NCBI GenBank assembly: GCA_015488885.1
Contig: WFMW01000020.1
Coordinates: 221-64,220, forward strand
Reading direction: 5' to 3'
Source: Gammaproteobacteria bacterium
GTDB lineage: Bacteria; Pseudomonadota; Gammaproteobacteria; SZUA-229
DNA length: 64,000 nucleotides
Within the stretch, counting starts at the first letter, position 1. Each line of letters begins with the position of its first letter. Shown in pieces: positions 38,692 through 48,504 of the stretch. The notes below the pieces were generated by a model. The model was not told the origin of the DNA. It ran no database searches and worked only from the letters and a program-made list of their open reading frames with translations. The translations under genes were made by a program, and so were the position numbers.

Positions 38692-38734
38692 TAGCCTTAC
38701 TGTTAATAGCCTTACTGTTAATAGCCTTACTGTC
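38690..38734. repeat. three tandem copies of a 15-bp unit (aatagccttactgtt) starting at the hdrB-like stop codon
   Basis: Seen directly in the sequence. The third copy has one substitution. Confidence 0.9.
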
Positions 38735-38746
38735 CAATAAATAAAA

Positions 38747-38770
38747 AACCCGGTTAGCCGGGTTTTTTTA
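38747..38770 (+). terminator. rho-independent terminator closing the qmoAB-hdrCB-type operon
   Basis: aacccgg-ttag-ccgggtt hairpin (7-bp perfect stem) followed by ttttttt. Confidence 0.85.
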
Positions 38771-38857
38771 TGCCTTTTATTTTGGCCTGACAACGGTTTG
38801 TGTTACCTTTCTATTGCAGGCGTCTGAAATATTCGGGTTAGGGGTAAAAAGGGTAGT

Positions 38858-40330
38858 ATGAAAGTTATCGATACGCTAGTTTATCGTAGTTTATTGATCG
38901 CCGATGATCAGTTACTTACCGCACGCCTGTTTATTAAATTAATTGCAATAGTCTATTTCATTGCATTCGTATCCATGTCTGTTCAGGTGACCGGTCTGGT
39001 TGGTCATCAGGGAATTTTACCCTATACCGAATTACTGGCTAATATTTATCATCAATATGGTTTTCTGGGCTGGTTTCTGCAGCCAACCGTATTCTGGTTT
39101 AACAGCAGTGATAATGCGCTTACTTTAGTGACCTGGGCAGGGTGTTTGCTGTCGGTGTTATTATTGTTTGGTTATCGCGAAAAGCTTATCCTTGTCCTGC
39201 TGTTTATTTTATATTTGTCCATTTTTCATGCAGGGCAGATATTTTTTGCCTTCCAGTGGGACAGTCTGTTACTGGAAGCCGGATTTCTGTCAATTTTTCT
39301 GGTTGGTGGCCCCAGTCGTCTGCTTATCTTTCTATTTCACTGGCTGCTGTTTCGGCTACGTTTTATGTCGGGTCTGTCAAAACTGGCCAGCGGTGATCCT
39401 TCCTGGTTAAATCTGACCGCGCTTGACTATTATTTTCAGACCCAGCCACTACCGCATATCGGTTCCTGGTATTATCAGCAATTACCCATGTGGATTCACC
39501 ACAGTGGTGTGGTGTTTATGTTTATCACCGAATTAATCATTCCGTTGTTTATCTTTCTACCACGTAAATTTCGTCTGACAGCAGCCGGGGTCACGGTATT
39601 TATGCAGTTATTGATTATAAGCAGCAGTAATCATAACTGGATAAATATTTTAACGATTTTTCTATGCCTGTTTTTACTTGATGACAGGGCAGTGGCATAT
39701 TTGCTGCCAGCAAATATTATTGCCCGAGTAAAAGCCAGGGCGCAACGAGAACTGGGTACTTATCATAAAATAAATAAAATTTTACCGGTGTTTGCCGTAC
39801 TCATTATTGTTGCCAGTATAACTATGTTTACCCCACGTTTAATCCGACACGATTTACCTGAACCTGCCATGTTTGCAGCGCGCATGGTGAATGCCTGGGG
39901 TCTGGGTTTTGATTACCATGTGTTTCCAACCATGCAGACCGAACGGCAGGAATTGCAGGTAGAAGGCTCTTACGATGGTAAAATATGGAAGGCTTATGAG
40001 TTCCGTTATAAACCGGGGCCGCTTAGTGAGGCACCACGCTGGAATGTTCCGCACCAGCCCAGGCTGGACTGGATGATGTGGTTCGTGCCGCCGCAATTTG
40101 ACTCAATGATGGACTGGTTCTGGAAGTTTCTCGATCGCCTGCATGAAGGCAGTAAAGATGTGACAAACCTGCTTGCCTATAATCCTTTTCCAGCAAGACC
40201 ACCTACCTATATTCGCGTACTGGCCTTTGATTATCGTTTTACTACTTTTGCTGAACACAAGGCAACAGGAAACTGGTGGAAAGCAAAGTATCTGGGTGAG
40301 TTTCCTTATGTAAAACGGCGTTACCCCTGA
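38858..40330 (+). CDS. lipase maturation factor (LMF1/HTTM-like) family polytopic membrane protein
   Basis: 490 aa, multi-TM, with the N-terminal pattern typical of bacterial LMF homologs (…FIKLIAIVYFIAFVSMSVQVTGLVGHQGILP…) and a Trp-rich C-terminal domain. Confidence 0.6.
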   Translation: MKVIDTLVYRSLLIADDQLLTARLFIKLIAIVYFIAFVSMSVQVTGLVGHQGILPYTELLANIYHQYGFLGWFLQPTVFWFNSSDNALTLVTWAGCLLSVLLLFGYREKLILVLLFILYLSIFHAGQIFFAFQWDSLLLEAGFLSIFLVGGPSRLLIFLFHWLLFRLRFMSGLSKLASGDPSWLNLTALDYYFQTQPLPHIGSWYYQQLPMWIHHSGVVFMFITELIIPLFIFLPRKFRLTAAGVTVFMQLLIISSSNHNWINILTIFLCLFLLDDRAVAYLLPANIIARVKARAQRELGTYHKINKILPVFAVLIIVASITMFTPRLIRHDLPEPAMFAARMVNAWGLGFDYHVFPTMQTERQELQVEGSYDGKIWKAYEFRYKPGPLSEAPRWNVPHQPRLDWMMWFVPPQFDSMMDWFWKFLDRLHEGSKDVTNLLAYNPFPARPPTYIRVLAFDYRFTTFAEHKATGNWWKAKYLGEFPYVKRRYP

Positions 40331-40481
40331 GATTAAAATAAACTATTAATAATGCATGCGTTATGATTTTTATTGTGAATGTATTGTGAAGAAACTCACT
40401 ATACCTTCCCAAACTGGTTTGGTGGATATCAATGTTTGCGAGTCGGCAGGTTGTACTTTTTAGGTGAGTTAGAACAGAAGT

Positions 40482-41348
40482 CTATGAGCTTATATATAAC
40501 ATAGGGGGAGTTAGCTTATTTATACTAACCGGACGACAGAGTAAAAATCCCTGTCCCTGATCACATCCCTGATCCTGAATAAATTGATACTGTCTTCTGG
40601 TTTCGATACCTTCAGCGACAATTACTATATTCATTTCCCTGGCCATTTGTGTTAACAGTCGAATCATAGATTCACAACGTTTTGAATGACCAATATTCTG
40701 GATAAAACTTTTATCAATTTTTAGTGTTTTAATGGGTAATGTACATAAATTAATTAGTGGCGACTGGCTGGTACCAAAGTCATCAAGGCTGAATTTTGCA
40801 CCATATTGAATTAACGTTTTACAGAAAGCAATCACCTTTCTAATATCGTGAGTATGAGTGGTTTCTGTAATTTCAAATTCAAAATCAGCGAGATTAATCC
40901 TGTGTTTTTCACTTATTTCAATAATTTTCTGCGCATAAAACAAGCTTTCACAGGCGAGTACTGAAATATTCACTGCAATTTTTGCAGAGGAATTTATTTT
41001 CTGGTGAAAAATCTTCAAGTCTTTACAGCATTGCTCAAATACCCATAAATCCAGCGTATAAATAAGGCCATTATTCTCCGTGTCACTAATAAAGACCTCT
41101 GGATAAAATAAACCTATCCCCGGTTTATTCCAACGAACCAGTGCTTCAAAAATATCAGCTTTACCAGATGCCAGATTAAACCTGGGTTGAAAGTGTATCC
41201 TCATCTCATTATTATTTATTGCATGACTAAAATGGTGTACGAATTCAATGGCTTGATCTGTTGAAACATTTTTATGGGTTAAGCCAACTTCATTATGGCT
41301 CCCAGGATTAATTTTCATCATTTTTATTACCTGATAGTTAGATAGCAC
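40482..41348 (-). CDS. stand-alone EAL-domain protein (putative c-di-GMP phosphodiesterase)
   Basis: 288 aa. EALVRW, DDFGT and KIDKSF motifs. No sensor or GGDEF partner. Confidence 0.7.
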   Translation of the reverse strand: MLSNYQVIKMMKINPGSHNEVGLTHKNVSTDQAIEFVHHFSHAINNNEMRIHFQPRFNLASGKADIFEALVRWNKPGIGLFYPEVFISDTENNGLIYTLDLWVFEQCCKDLKIFHQKINSSAKIAVNISVLACESLFYAQKIIEISEKHRINLADFEFEITETTHTHDIRKVIAFCKTLIQYGAKFSLDDFGTSQSPLINLCTLPIKTLKIDKSFIQNIGHSKRCESMIRLLTQMAREMNIVIVAEGIETRRQYQFIQDQGCDQGQGFLLCRPVSINKLTPPMLYISS

Positions 41349-41619
41349 TAAACCAGTGTTTCATTGGTTTAACTTATCTAACGATTGCTGGTTAAAAAAG
41401 GTTCCCTGAAATGATATGCATCCTTGATATAAGGTAGGTGAGTATGTTGGAGAACGTAGACGCGTGAAGCTTATTATGTTGTTATAGATAACTTCTGACA
41501 AAGTACCATGCATCCACCTTGCAGGAATAGTGATATAGTAGGCATTCGGGTTAACAGGGCTATGTTGATGATATTTGTATGTTGCTATATTCTATGTCTG
41601 CCTCAATAATTTAGCTATT

Positions 41620-43164
41620 ATGTCAGAGATTGTTCTTGCCACTTTAAACGCGCGTTATATTCATACCGCTTTTGGTTTGCGTTATCTTTACGCCAACCTG
41701 GGTGAACTGCAATCGCGGTCGATGATAATGGAATTTACTATTCATCAGCGGCCACTGGATGTCGCGGAAAAACTGCTGGATCAAAATCCATCAATTATCG
41801 GTTTTGGTGTTTACATCTGGAATGTCGAGCAAATCAGTCAGGTCGTGGTGATTTTAAAACAGATCACGCCACAGATTATTATTGTATTGGGTGGTCCGGA
41901 GGTGAGCCACGGCAATGATTTGCCTGCGATGGCTGAAAGTGTCGATTATATTGTTCAGGGAGCAGGCGAAGTTGCATTGAGTGACCTGTGTCGGCAGATT
42001 CTATCCGGGCAACAGTCATCCATCAATACCTTCCCGGTTATCATTAAGGCGGCAGATATTTCTCTGGCACAGCTTGAGCTGCCATACCGGTTTTATAATG
42101 ATGAAGATATACAAAATCGTTTGATTTATGTGGAAGCGTCGCGAGGCTGTCCGTTCAAATGTGAATTCTGCCTGTCTTCGCTGGATAAAACTTCCCGGCC
42201 TTTTGAATTAGCGCGTTTTTTGCGCGAAATGGATAATCTGTATCAACGCGGTGCGCGTAATTTCAAATTTATCGACCGTACTTTTAACTTAAAAGTAAAT
42301 ACCAGCGTTAGCATACTGGAATTTTTTCTGCAGCGTTTGAGCGATGATCTGTATCTGCATTTCGAGGTTATTCCCGATAATCTGCCGGACAGGCTTAAAG
42401 CAGTTATTAGCAGGTTTCCCCGCCACTCCCTGCAGTTTGAAATAGGGGTACAGACTTTTGATCCACAGATTCAACAGCGTATCAGTCGGCGCCAGGATAA
42501 TGAAAAAACCCGGGCCAATCTGCGCTGGTTAAAACAATACACGCAGGCCTATATTCATGCCGACCTGATTTTTGGGCTGCCCGGCGATACGCTGGAAAAT
42601 TTCGCACAAAGTTTTGATCAACTGGTCGCCCTGCAGCCGGATGAAATTCAGCTGGGTATTCTGAAACGTCTGCGTGGCGCACCCATTAACCGGCATAGTG
42701 AGGCGTATCAACTAAAATACAATCCGCAGGCACCGTATAATATTTTAAGTACCAGCCTGATTAGCTATAAAACCATGCAGCGTGTGAACAGGTTTGCTTT
42801 CTACTGGGACAGAATCGCAAATTCAGGCCGTTTTCCGCATTGTCTGCCATTGATTTTACAGCAGCAGGCTTTTAACAATTTTCTGACTTTCAGCGATGCG
42901 ATCTATGACATCATTGGTAATAACTGGAAAATTTCATTGAAACGCTGGTTTATACTGATTAACAACTGGCTGGAACAGTCTGAGTCTGTCACGGAACAAC
43001 AGCGTTTGTCGGCACTGGAACGTGACTATCAACATTCGGGTGAGCGGGCTGCACTGCATACCCTGATCGAGCAAACCGAGAATGGGAAAACTGTCAGAAA
43101 ATCAAAAATCGGTGTGGCCAATAAACGTCAGCAACGGCAAATAACCGGTTCAGGCAGTGGCTGA
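41620..43164 (+). CDS. B12-binding-domain radical SAM protein (DUF4080 type)
   Basis: N-terminal B12-binding-like domain and a radical SAM CxxxCxxC (ASRGCPFKCEFC). A C-terminal extension typical of the DUF4080 family. The start was placed at MSEIVLAT…. Confidence 0.75.
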   Translation: MSEIVLATLNARYIHTAFGLRYLYANLGELQSRSMIMEFTIHQRPLDVAEKLLDQNPSIIGFGVYIWNVEQISQVVVILKQITPQIIIVLGGPEVSHGNDLPAMAESVDYIVQGAGEVALSDLCRQILSGQQSSINTFPVIIKAADISLAQLELPYRFYNDEDIQNRLIYVEASRGCPFKCEFCLSSLDKTSRPFELARFLREMDNLYQRGARNFKFIDRTFNLKVNTSVSILEFFLQRLSDDLYLHFEVIPDNLPDRLKAVISRFPRHSLQFEIGVQTFDPQIQQRISRRQDNEKTRANLRWLKQYTQAYIHADLIFGLPGDTLENFAQSFDQLVALQPDEIQLGILKRLRGAPINRHSEAYQLKYNPQAPYNILSTSLISYKTMQRVNRFAFYWDRIANSGRFPHCLPLILQQQAFNNFLTFSDAIYDIIGNNWKISLKRWFILINNWLEQSESVTEQQRLSALERDYQHSGERAALHTLIEQTENGKTVRKSKIGVANKRQQRQITGSGSG

Positions 43165-45444
43165 GGTAACCAGTTTTACACTTTCCACACTGTCGGTATC
43201 ATCCGTCACTGTTCCAATGATGACACTGTCGGGATAGCCCAGCTCAAGCAATTCATTCAGGCAGGTCTGCGCGTGACTGGCAGGGATGGCGGCCAGCAGG
43301 CCACCCGAGGTTTGCGGGTCGAACAGCATGGAAAAATGCAGGTGTTCACGTAAATGGCCGGGGTCTTTGATGGCCCGGCGCAGGCGCACATTCTGTTCCT
43401 GCAGGGAACTGAAAATACCGGCTTTTATCATCTCAAGTGCGCCATCCATAATCGGCAGGCTATCAAGATTGATGGTCACACTTTTTCCCGATGCGCGGGT
43501 CATTTCAACCAGGTGACCAAGCAGGCCGAAACCGGTTACATCGGTGCAGGCTGTGGCACCATGACGATGTAGGCAATGTCCGCCACGCTGGTTGGATAAC
43601 AACATGCTTTGCAAAGCGCGGTCAATCCAGCGGCCTTTTGCCTGCAGACGCATATCTGCTGCAAACAGGGTACCGGTACCCAGAGCCTTGGTTAATATCA
43701 ATACATCGCCGGCCTGCATACCGCTTTTGCGCATCACCTGTTCCGGCGTCACCAGGCCGGTAACTGACAGCCCGAAGGCGAGTTCTGCGCCTTCGCTGGA
43801 ATGACCGCCAACCAGTGCAGTATTGCTGGCATTTAATACATTTAAAGCACCTGACATAGTCTGAAACAGCTGGTCTTCTATCTGGCTTTCAATGCCATAG
43901 GGAATGGTGGCAATGGCCATCGCAGACTGGGTTTCGGCACCCATGGCAAAAATATCGCTTAACGCATGATTGGCTGCAATCTGGCCGAAAACATACGGGT
44001 CGTCGATAAAGCTGCGGAAATAATCGACACTTTGTACCACCAGCCTGCCTGGCGGGACTGAGGTGACAGCCGCATCATCCGGGTCTGCCAGGCCGATTAC
44101 AATATCATCACGCGAAACCGGTTGCAGGCGATTCACCACGCGGGATAAAACACTGCTGCCTACTTTGGCACCGCAACCGCCGCAACGCATGGCAATGGCA
44201 GAAATTTCATGTAATGTTTGGGTGTCCGTCATGGCCGCATTAATTACCGGCGGGGTGGTTTGCGACATGGCGGGCAGATCACTGAATTTTTTCATAAAAC
44301 GACGGTCAATCCAGTCTTTTATTTTCCATAGCCAGGCACCTTCCAGTGACCAGAAACTGTGCGAGGCAATCACATATTGATTACCTGTGGTAATAAGACC
44401 AAGAAAATTTTTCTGTGGAATATAGGCCTTCAGCGGTTTCCCCTGAATCATCTGTGCCAGATTATGTGCCAGTGGCGGCCCCTGACGCACCGCAAACACG
44501 CCTGATTTTGGTCGTGGGTGATGGACTGACGAGGCGATATCACCGGCGGCAAATACCTGCTTGTGCGAGGTTGATTGCAGGTAGTCATTAACACAGATAA
44601 AACCTTTATCATCGACATCGAGTTCGGCTTCGGCCAGCCATGCTGGTGCGCTGGCACTGGTTACCCATAACACGGCATTTGCCGGGTAGGACTGGTGATG
44701 CCTGCAGACCAGGGTATCGGCATTGACCTGTTCGACAAAATGTCTGAGGTGAAGCTGAATACCGCGTTGTTTGAGAATGCGGTTAAAACGTTTTCTCACC
44801 TGTTTATTGTGGGTGGGCAGAATGGTTTCACTGTCACAATATAAATCGATATGTAAAAACTGATCGCTACGTTTGTTTGCCTTTAATAAATGTTGCAGGC
44901 GATATTGTGTTGCCAGCGCCATTTCCACCCCACCGGCACCACCGCCAACAATGGCCAGATGAAACGGTTGTTCAGCATTGATATCAGCGTGAGTAATGGC
45001 ATCGCTGAGGCTTTGCCACTGTGTTAAAAATCGGTCAATCGGTTTAACCGGCAGGGTATAACGGTCGGCACCGGGGATATGTAAAGTGCCCGGGCGTGAG
45101 CCGATATTGATGGAGACAATATCAAAATGAATCGGCGGGCGGTCAGGGCAGATAAGCTGCTGGTTGGCCAGATCCAGTTGTTCAACTTCAGCGTGGTAAA
45201 TCCGCGCATGGGCAAACTGTGCCAGCGGACGTAAATCAATATGGGTTTCGTCGTAACTGTAATGACCGGCAATATAGCCCGGTAACATACCTGAATAAGG
45301 GGTATGGATATCACGCGTAATCAGCGTGAGGCGCAATCCGGGAACCGGACGCATGGCAAACTGTTTTAATACCGAAAGGTGGCTATGACCACCACCGACC
45401 AGAACAAGGTCTTTAACAACGGGGATGCTACTGGTCGTTTGCAT
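43150..45444 (-). CDS. selD: fusion of an FAD/NAD(P)-dependent pyridine-nucleotide-disulfide oxidoreductase with selenide, water dikinase (SelD)
   Basis: 764 aa. N-terminal Rossmann motifs (LVLVGGGHSH…, IVGGGAGGVE). C-terminal SelD with the MRCGGCGAKVG active-site segment (Cys, not Sec) and the PurM-like ATP-binding fold. Confidence 0.8.
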   Translation of the reverse strand: MQTTSSIPVVKDLVLVGGGHSHLSVLKQFAMRPVPGLRLTLITRDIHTPYSGMLPGYIAGHYSYDETHIDLRPLAQFAHARIYHAEVEQLDLANQQLICPDRPPIHFDIVSINIGSRPGTLHIPGADRYTLPVKPIDRFLTQWQSLSDAITHADINAEQPFHLAIVGGGAGGVEMALATQYRLQHLLKANKRSDQFLHIDLYCDSETILPTHNKQVRKRFNRILKQRGIQLHLRHFVEQVNADTLVCRHHQSYPANAVLWVTSASAPAWLAEAELDVDDKGFICVNDYLQSTSHKQVFAAGDIASSVHHPRPKSGVFAVRQGPPLAHNLAQMIQGKPLKAYIPQKNFLGLITTGNQYVIASHSFWSLEGAWLWKIKDWIDRRFMKKFSDLPAMSQTTPPVINAAMTDTQTLHEISAIAMRCGGCGAKVGSSVLSRVVNRLQPVSRDDIVIGLADPDDAAVTSVPPGRLVVQSVDYFRSFIDDPYVFGQIAANHALSDIFAMGAETQSAMAIATIPYGIESQIEDQLFQTMSGALNVLNASNTALVGGHSSEGAELAFGLSVTGLVTPEQVMRKSGMQAGDVLILTKALGTGTLFAADMRLQAKGRWIDRALQSMLLSNQRGGHCLHRHGATACTDVTGFGLLGHLVEMTRASGKSVTINLDSLPIMDGALEMIKAGIFSSLQEQNVRLRRAIKDPGHLREHLHFSMLFDPQTSGGLLAAIPASHAQTCLNELLELGYPDSVIIGTVTDDTDSVESVKLVTSATA

Positions 45445-45473
45445 AGTAAAGCGTAATCCACATAAATTGAAGA

Positions 45474-45887
45474 CTAAAGTTTACACGGTATTAGTGTGCT
45501 TTTCACGATAGGGGTAAACGTACTTTTCGCCTGATTAATATTTAAGCAGCCTTCTTCATAATAATGATTGTAATATTTATTATTCCACCCACGCTGCGTT
45601 TGACCACTAGGAAGGGTTCCTTTCACCCTTAATACAGGCTTCCGATACCAGGGCGGCGAGTTCTCTGGAATGTTATTCTTTTCTAGTATAAACAGGTAGT
45701 TACCCAGGAAACGCTCGATAGAAGAATGATAGGTGGGTGTTTTGGTTGATGATATGACAAGCCCTCCGTGACAATGTAATATATAGTCCATAAACAAGAA
45801 AAATATTAACAGAGTTTTACAGAGCTGACTATCTCTCTGATAGCAAAGCTTCCGTCTATCTACCTGAAAATCGGGAGTGTTGCACAA
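45474..45887 (-). CDS. hypothetical protein (137 aa), possibly a gene remnant
   Basis: ORF only. Rich in Tyr, Asn and Cys with no recognisable motif. It lies at the edge of a region of decayed mobile genes. Confidence 0.25.
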   Translation of the reverse strand: MCNTPDFQVDRRKLCYQRDSQLCKTLLIFFLFMDYILHCHGGLVISSTKTPTYHSSIERFLGNYLFILEKNNIPENSPPWYRKPVLRVKGTLPSGQTQRGWNNKYYNHYYEEGCLNINQAKSTFTPIVKSTLIPCKL

Positions 45888-46143
45888 CTGTAGATTTAAC
45901 TGTAGAACTAATCATTTATCAGGGAGAAATCATAATGGCAAAATGTACTGCACCTGTACGAGGACATAGCTCAGCGGCTGCGGCCGCACGTTGTCCCGCA
46001 TGCCGTTACAAGAGCCACAGTTATAGTGGATCGGCTCGTCATACTCTTCGTATGGTGGTGGACGTAGTAGCTACACTAGTAGTAGTGGTGGTAGCCGCAC
46101 GAGTAGCAGTGCAAGGCCTCGCTGGTCGAGATCAGGATCATCT

Positions 46144-46961
46144 GTGTCTTACACACCTGCTCAAGTACAGTCACTCGCACCTATTAGAGAAGCCGTTGAA
46201 ATTAGTGCAGCGACCCAACCTGTTACCCTTACTCAAACGCAACAAGAAGACTATATTTGCATAACCGATATTGCAAAGTACAAAAATCCAGAAGCACCGA
46301 GAGACATCATAAAAAACTGGATGCGTAGCAAAAACACCATCGAGCTGCTGGGGCTTTGGGAGAGGTTGAACAATCCAAATTTTAAACAGGTCGAATTCGA
46401 CCTGTTTAGAAACGAGGCGGGCGGGATACAATCACTTTGTGCTATCCTCCCCAGAAATGGATTACAAACACTCATGCCATAGGCTTACAATCTAAATCTG
46501 GGCGAAACGGCGGAACTTATGCACATATTGATATTGCTCTGGAATTTGCCTCCTGAGTTTCTGTAGAGTTTAAATTTTACTTAATAAGGAAATTTCAACA
46601 TCTAAAAAAACAACAATAAAAAGACCTTGACTGGAGCATCAAACGCCAACTCACTAAAATCAACTATCACATCCATACCGATGCCATCAAGGAAAACCTG
46701 TTACCGCAAAGCTTAAGCAAACAACAAATCAGCCATGTTTACGCTTCAGAAGCCGATGTGCTTAATATGGCATTGTTTGGCAAAACCGCCAAACAATGGC
46801 GAGATGAAAATCCCGACAAAGACGGCAATATCCGTGATTATGCCAATGTCAGCCAACTGGTTTGCCTTGCCAACCTGGAAAATCTCAATGCGGTTTTTAT
46901 CAATGAAGGCTATGAGCAAAGTCAACGCCTTGAAAAACTTAATCAGATTGCCATCCAGTAG
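46144..46961 (+). pseudogene. KilA-N domain protein pseudogene (one frameshift plus two nonsense codons)
   Basis: The N-terminal 112 aa is an intact KilA-N family N-terminus (…YICITDIAKYKNPEAPRDIIKNWMRSKNTIELLGLWERLNNPNFKQVEFDLF…). The family sequence continues in the +1 frame (SPQKWITNTHAIGLQSKSGRNGGTYAHIDIALEFAS). There is a TGA at 46554 where Trp is expected and a TAA at 46617, then the match resumes (…INYHIHTDAIKENLLPQSLS…ALFGKTAKQWRDENPDKDGNIRDYA…). Confidence 0.8.
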
Positions 46962-47241
46962 ATGCGGATATTGCTGGATGATCGGGGTGTAAAAACATTG
47001 GAGGTTGGCAATGAGTGAGTGAAGGGAGGTGCAGTTAGGTAATATTTTAGAAGTGAAATATGGAAAAGATCATAAGCAACTGCAAGACGGAAAAACCCCT
47101 GCTATGGGACAGGTGGAATTATGCGGTATGTGGATAGTAAATTATATGATGATGAGTCCATCCTAATACCAAGTGATGTGGTCTAATTAACTTGTACACC
47201 TAAAAGGGATAAACTTTCCCATGAAACAAAAGGTGTAAAAC

Positions 47242-48207
47242 ATGACTAAAAAGAAATCAAGTTACTCAATACTTTTTAATGGCTTTGCTTATGAAGACTA
47301 TTTTTCAGCAGATACGGCACAAAAGCTGTCGTTAATTCTGGCGGCGGAAGATCATATTTTGGGTCTGGAAGATGGCAAGAAACGCTATGTGAACGAAGTC
47401 ACCGCTTTATCCAAAGCCTTTGCCATTGCCATACCCCATGAACAGGCAATGGATGTTAAAGATGAAGTTGCCTTTTTTCAGGCGGTAAAAGCCCGACTGG
47501 TCAAGTTTGATGCCACAGGAACAGGGCGAAGTGACGAGGCCAATTTTGATACCAGCGAAACCACCATTCGGCAGGTGATCGATCAGGCGTTGGTTTCTGA
47601 GCAGGTGATTGATGTCTTTGATGCTGCAGGAATTAAAAAACCGGATATTTCTATTTTGTCCGAAGAGTTCTTGTTGGAACTCAAAGGTATGGAACATAAG
47701 AATGTCGCGATGGAGGTGCTAAAGAAGCTGCTCAATGATGAACTAAAATCCCGCGCCAGAAAAAATCTGGTGAAAAGCAAATCGCTGATGGAAATGCTGG
47801 AAAATGCTATTAAGAAATATCATAACAAAGTGCTGACGGCTGCCGAGGTTATAGATGAGCTGATTCAGTTAAGCAAAGAAATCATCAGTATGGATGATGA
47901 GGCAAACGAACTTGGATTGACTGAATTTGAGTATGCGTTTTATACTGCCGTTGCGGATAACAAAAGTGCTAAGGATTTGATGCAGCACGATAAATTAAGG
48001 GAACTGGCAGTGGTTTTGACAGAGCGTGTAAGGCAAAACGCTTCAATTGACTGGACAATAAAAGAGAGCGTGCGAGCCAAATTGAAAGTGATTATCAAGC
48101 GAACACTACGGCAATATGGCTATCCACCCGATATGCAAAAGCTGGCAACGGAAACTGTGTTGAAGCAGGCAGAACTTATTGCAAATGAGTTCACCGTTGA
48201 GGCATAG
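47242..48207 (+). pseudogene. orphan C-terminal fragment of a type I restriction enzyme R subunit (HsdR C-terminal domain / DUF3387)
   Basis: The 321-aa ORF matches only the HsdR C-terminal region, including the hallmark …RTLRQYGYPPDMQKLATETVLKQAEL… end. The upstream ~250 bp has stops in all frames and there is no helicase domain or hsdM/hsdS nearby. Confidence 0.7.
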
Positions 48208-48504
48208 AAGGGCTTGCAAACGCATACGTTTGGACAGAATAAAGCTGCGGCACTTTAACTGTATCAGAGATGCATTATGGTGTATCTAAACAAAATATAA
48301 TTCACTAAAATTTATATCAGAATCCATTTTCTAGACGAGTGAGTTTGAAATATGAATGAGGCGGAATAATTAGATAGCTGCCTATTACATAAGAATAAAT
48401 CCCAATAGGCAGTAAAAAATTAACGCAGGCATTCTTTACTTATTGACAAATTGTAATGACAGGATTATTCTTTACTGACATGTAAATAGTAAAGGATATA
48501 TCTC

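Noticed and set aside
43150-45444. Possible selenocysteine (in-frame TGA) in SelD or in the HdrA-like genes
   Set aside because: All of these ORFs are continuous with Cys at the candidate positions. No in-frame TGA is needed to explain them.
45935-46264. 109-aa ORF (MAKCTAPVRGH…VVVVVAARVA…) upstream of and overlapping the KilA-N N-terminus
   Set aside because: The translation is low-complexity (Ala/Val/Arg runs) and arises from GTA/GTG-rich DNA. It overlaps the KilA-N reading frame region out of frame and has no motif. Most likely a spurious ORF in pseudogene debris.
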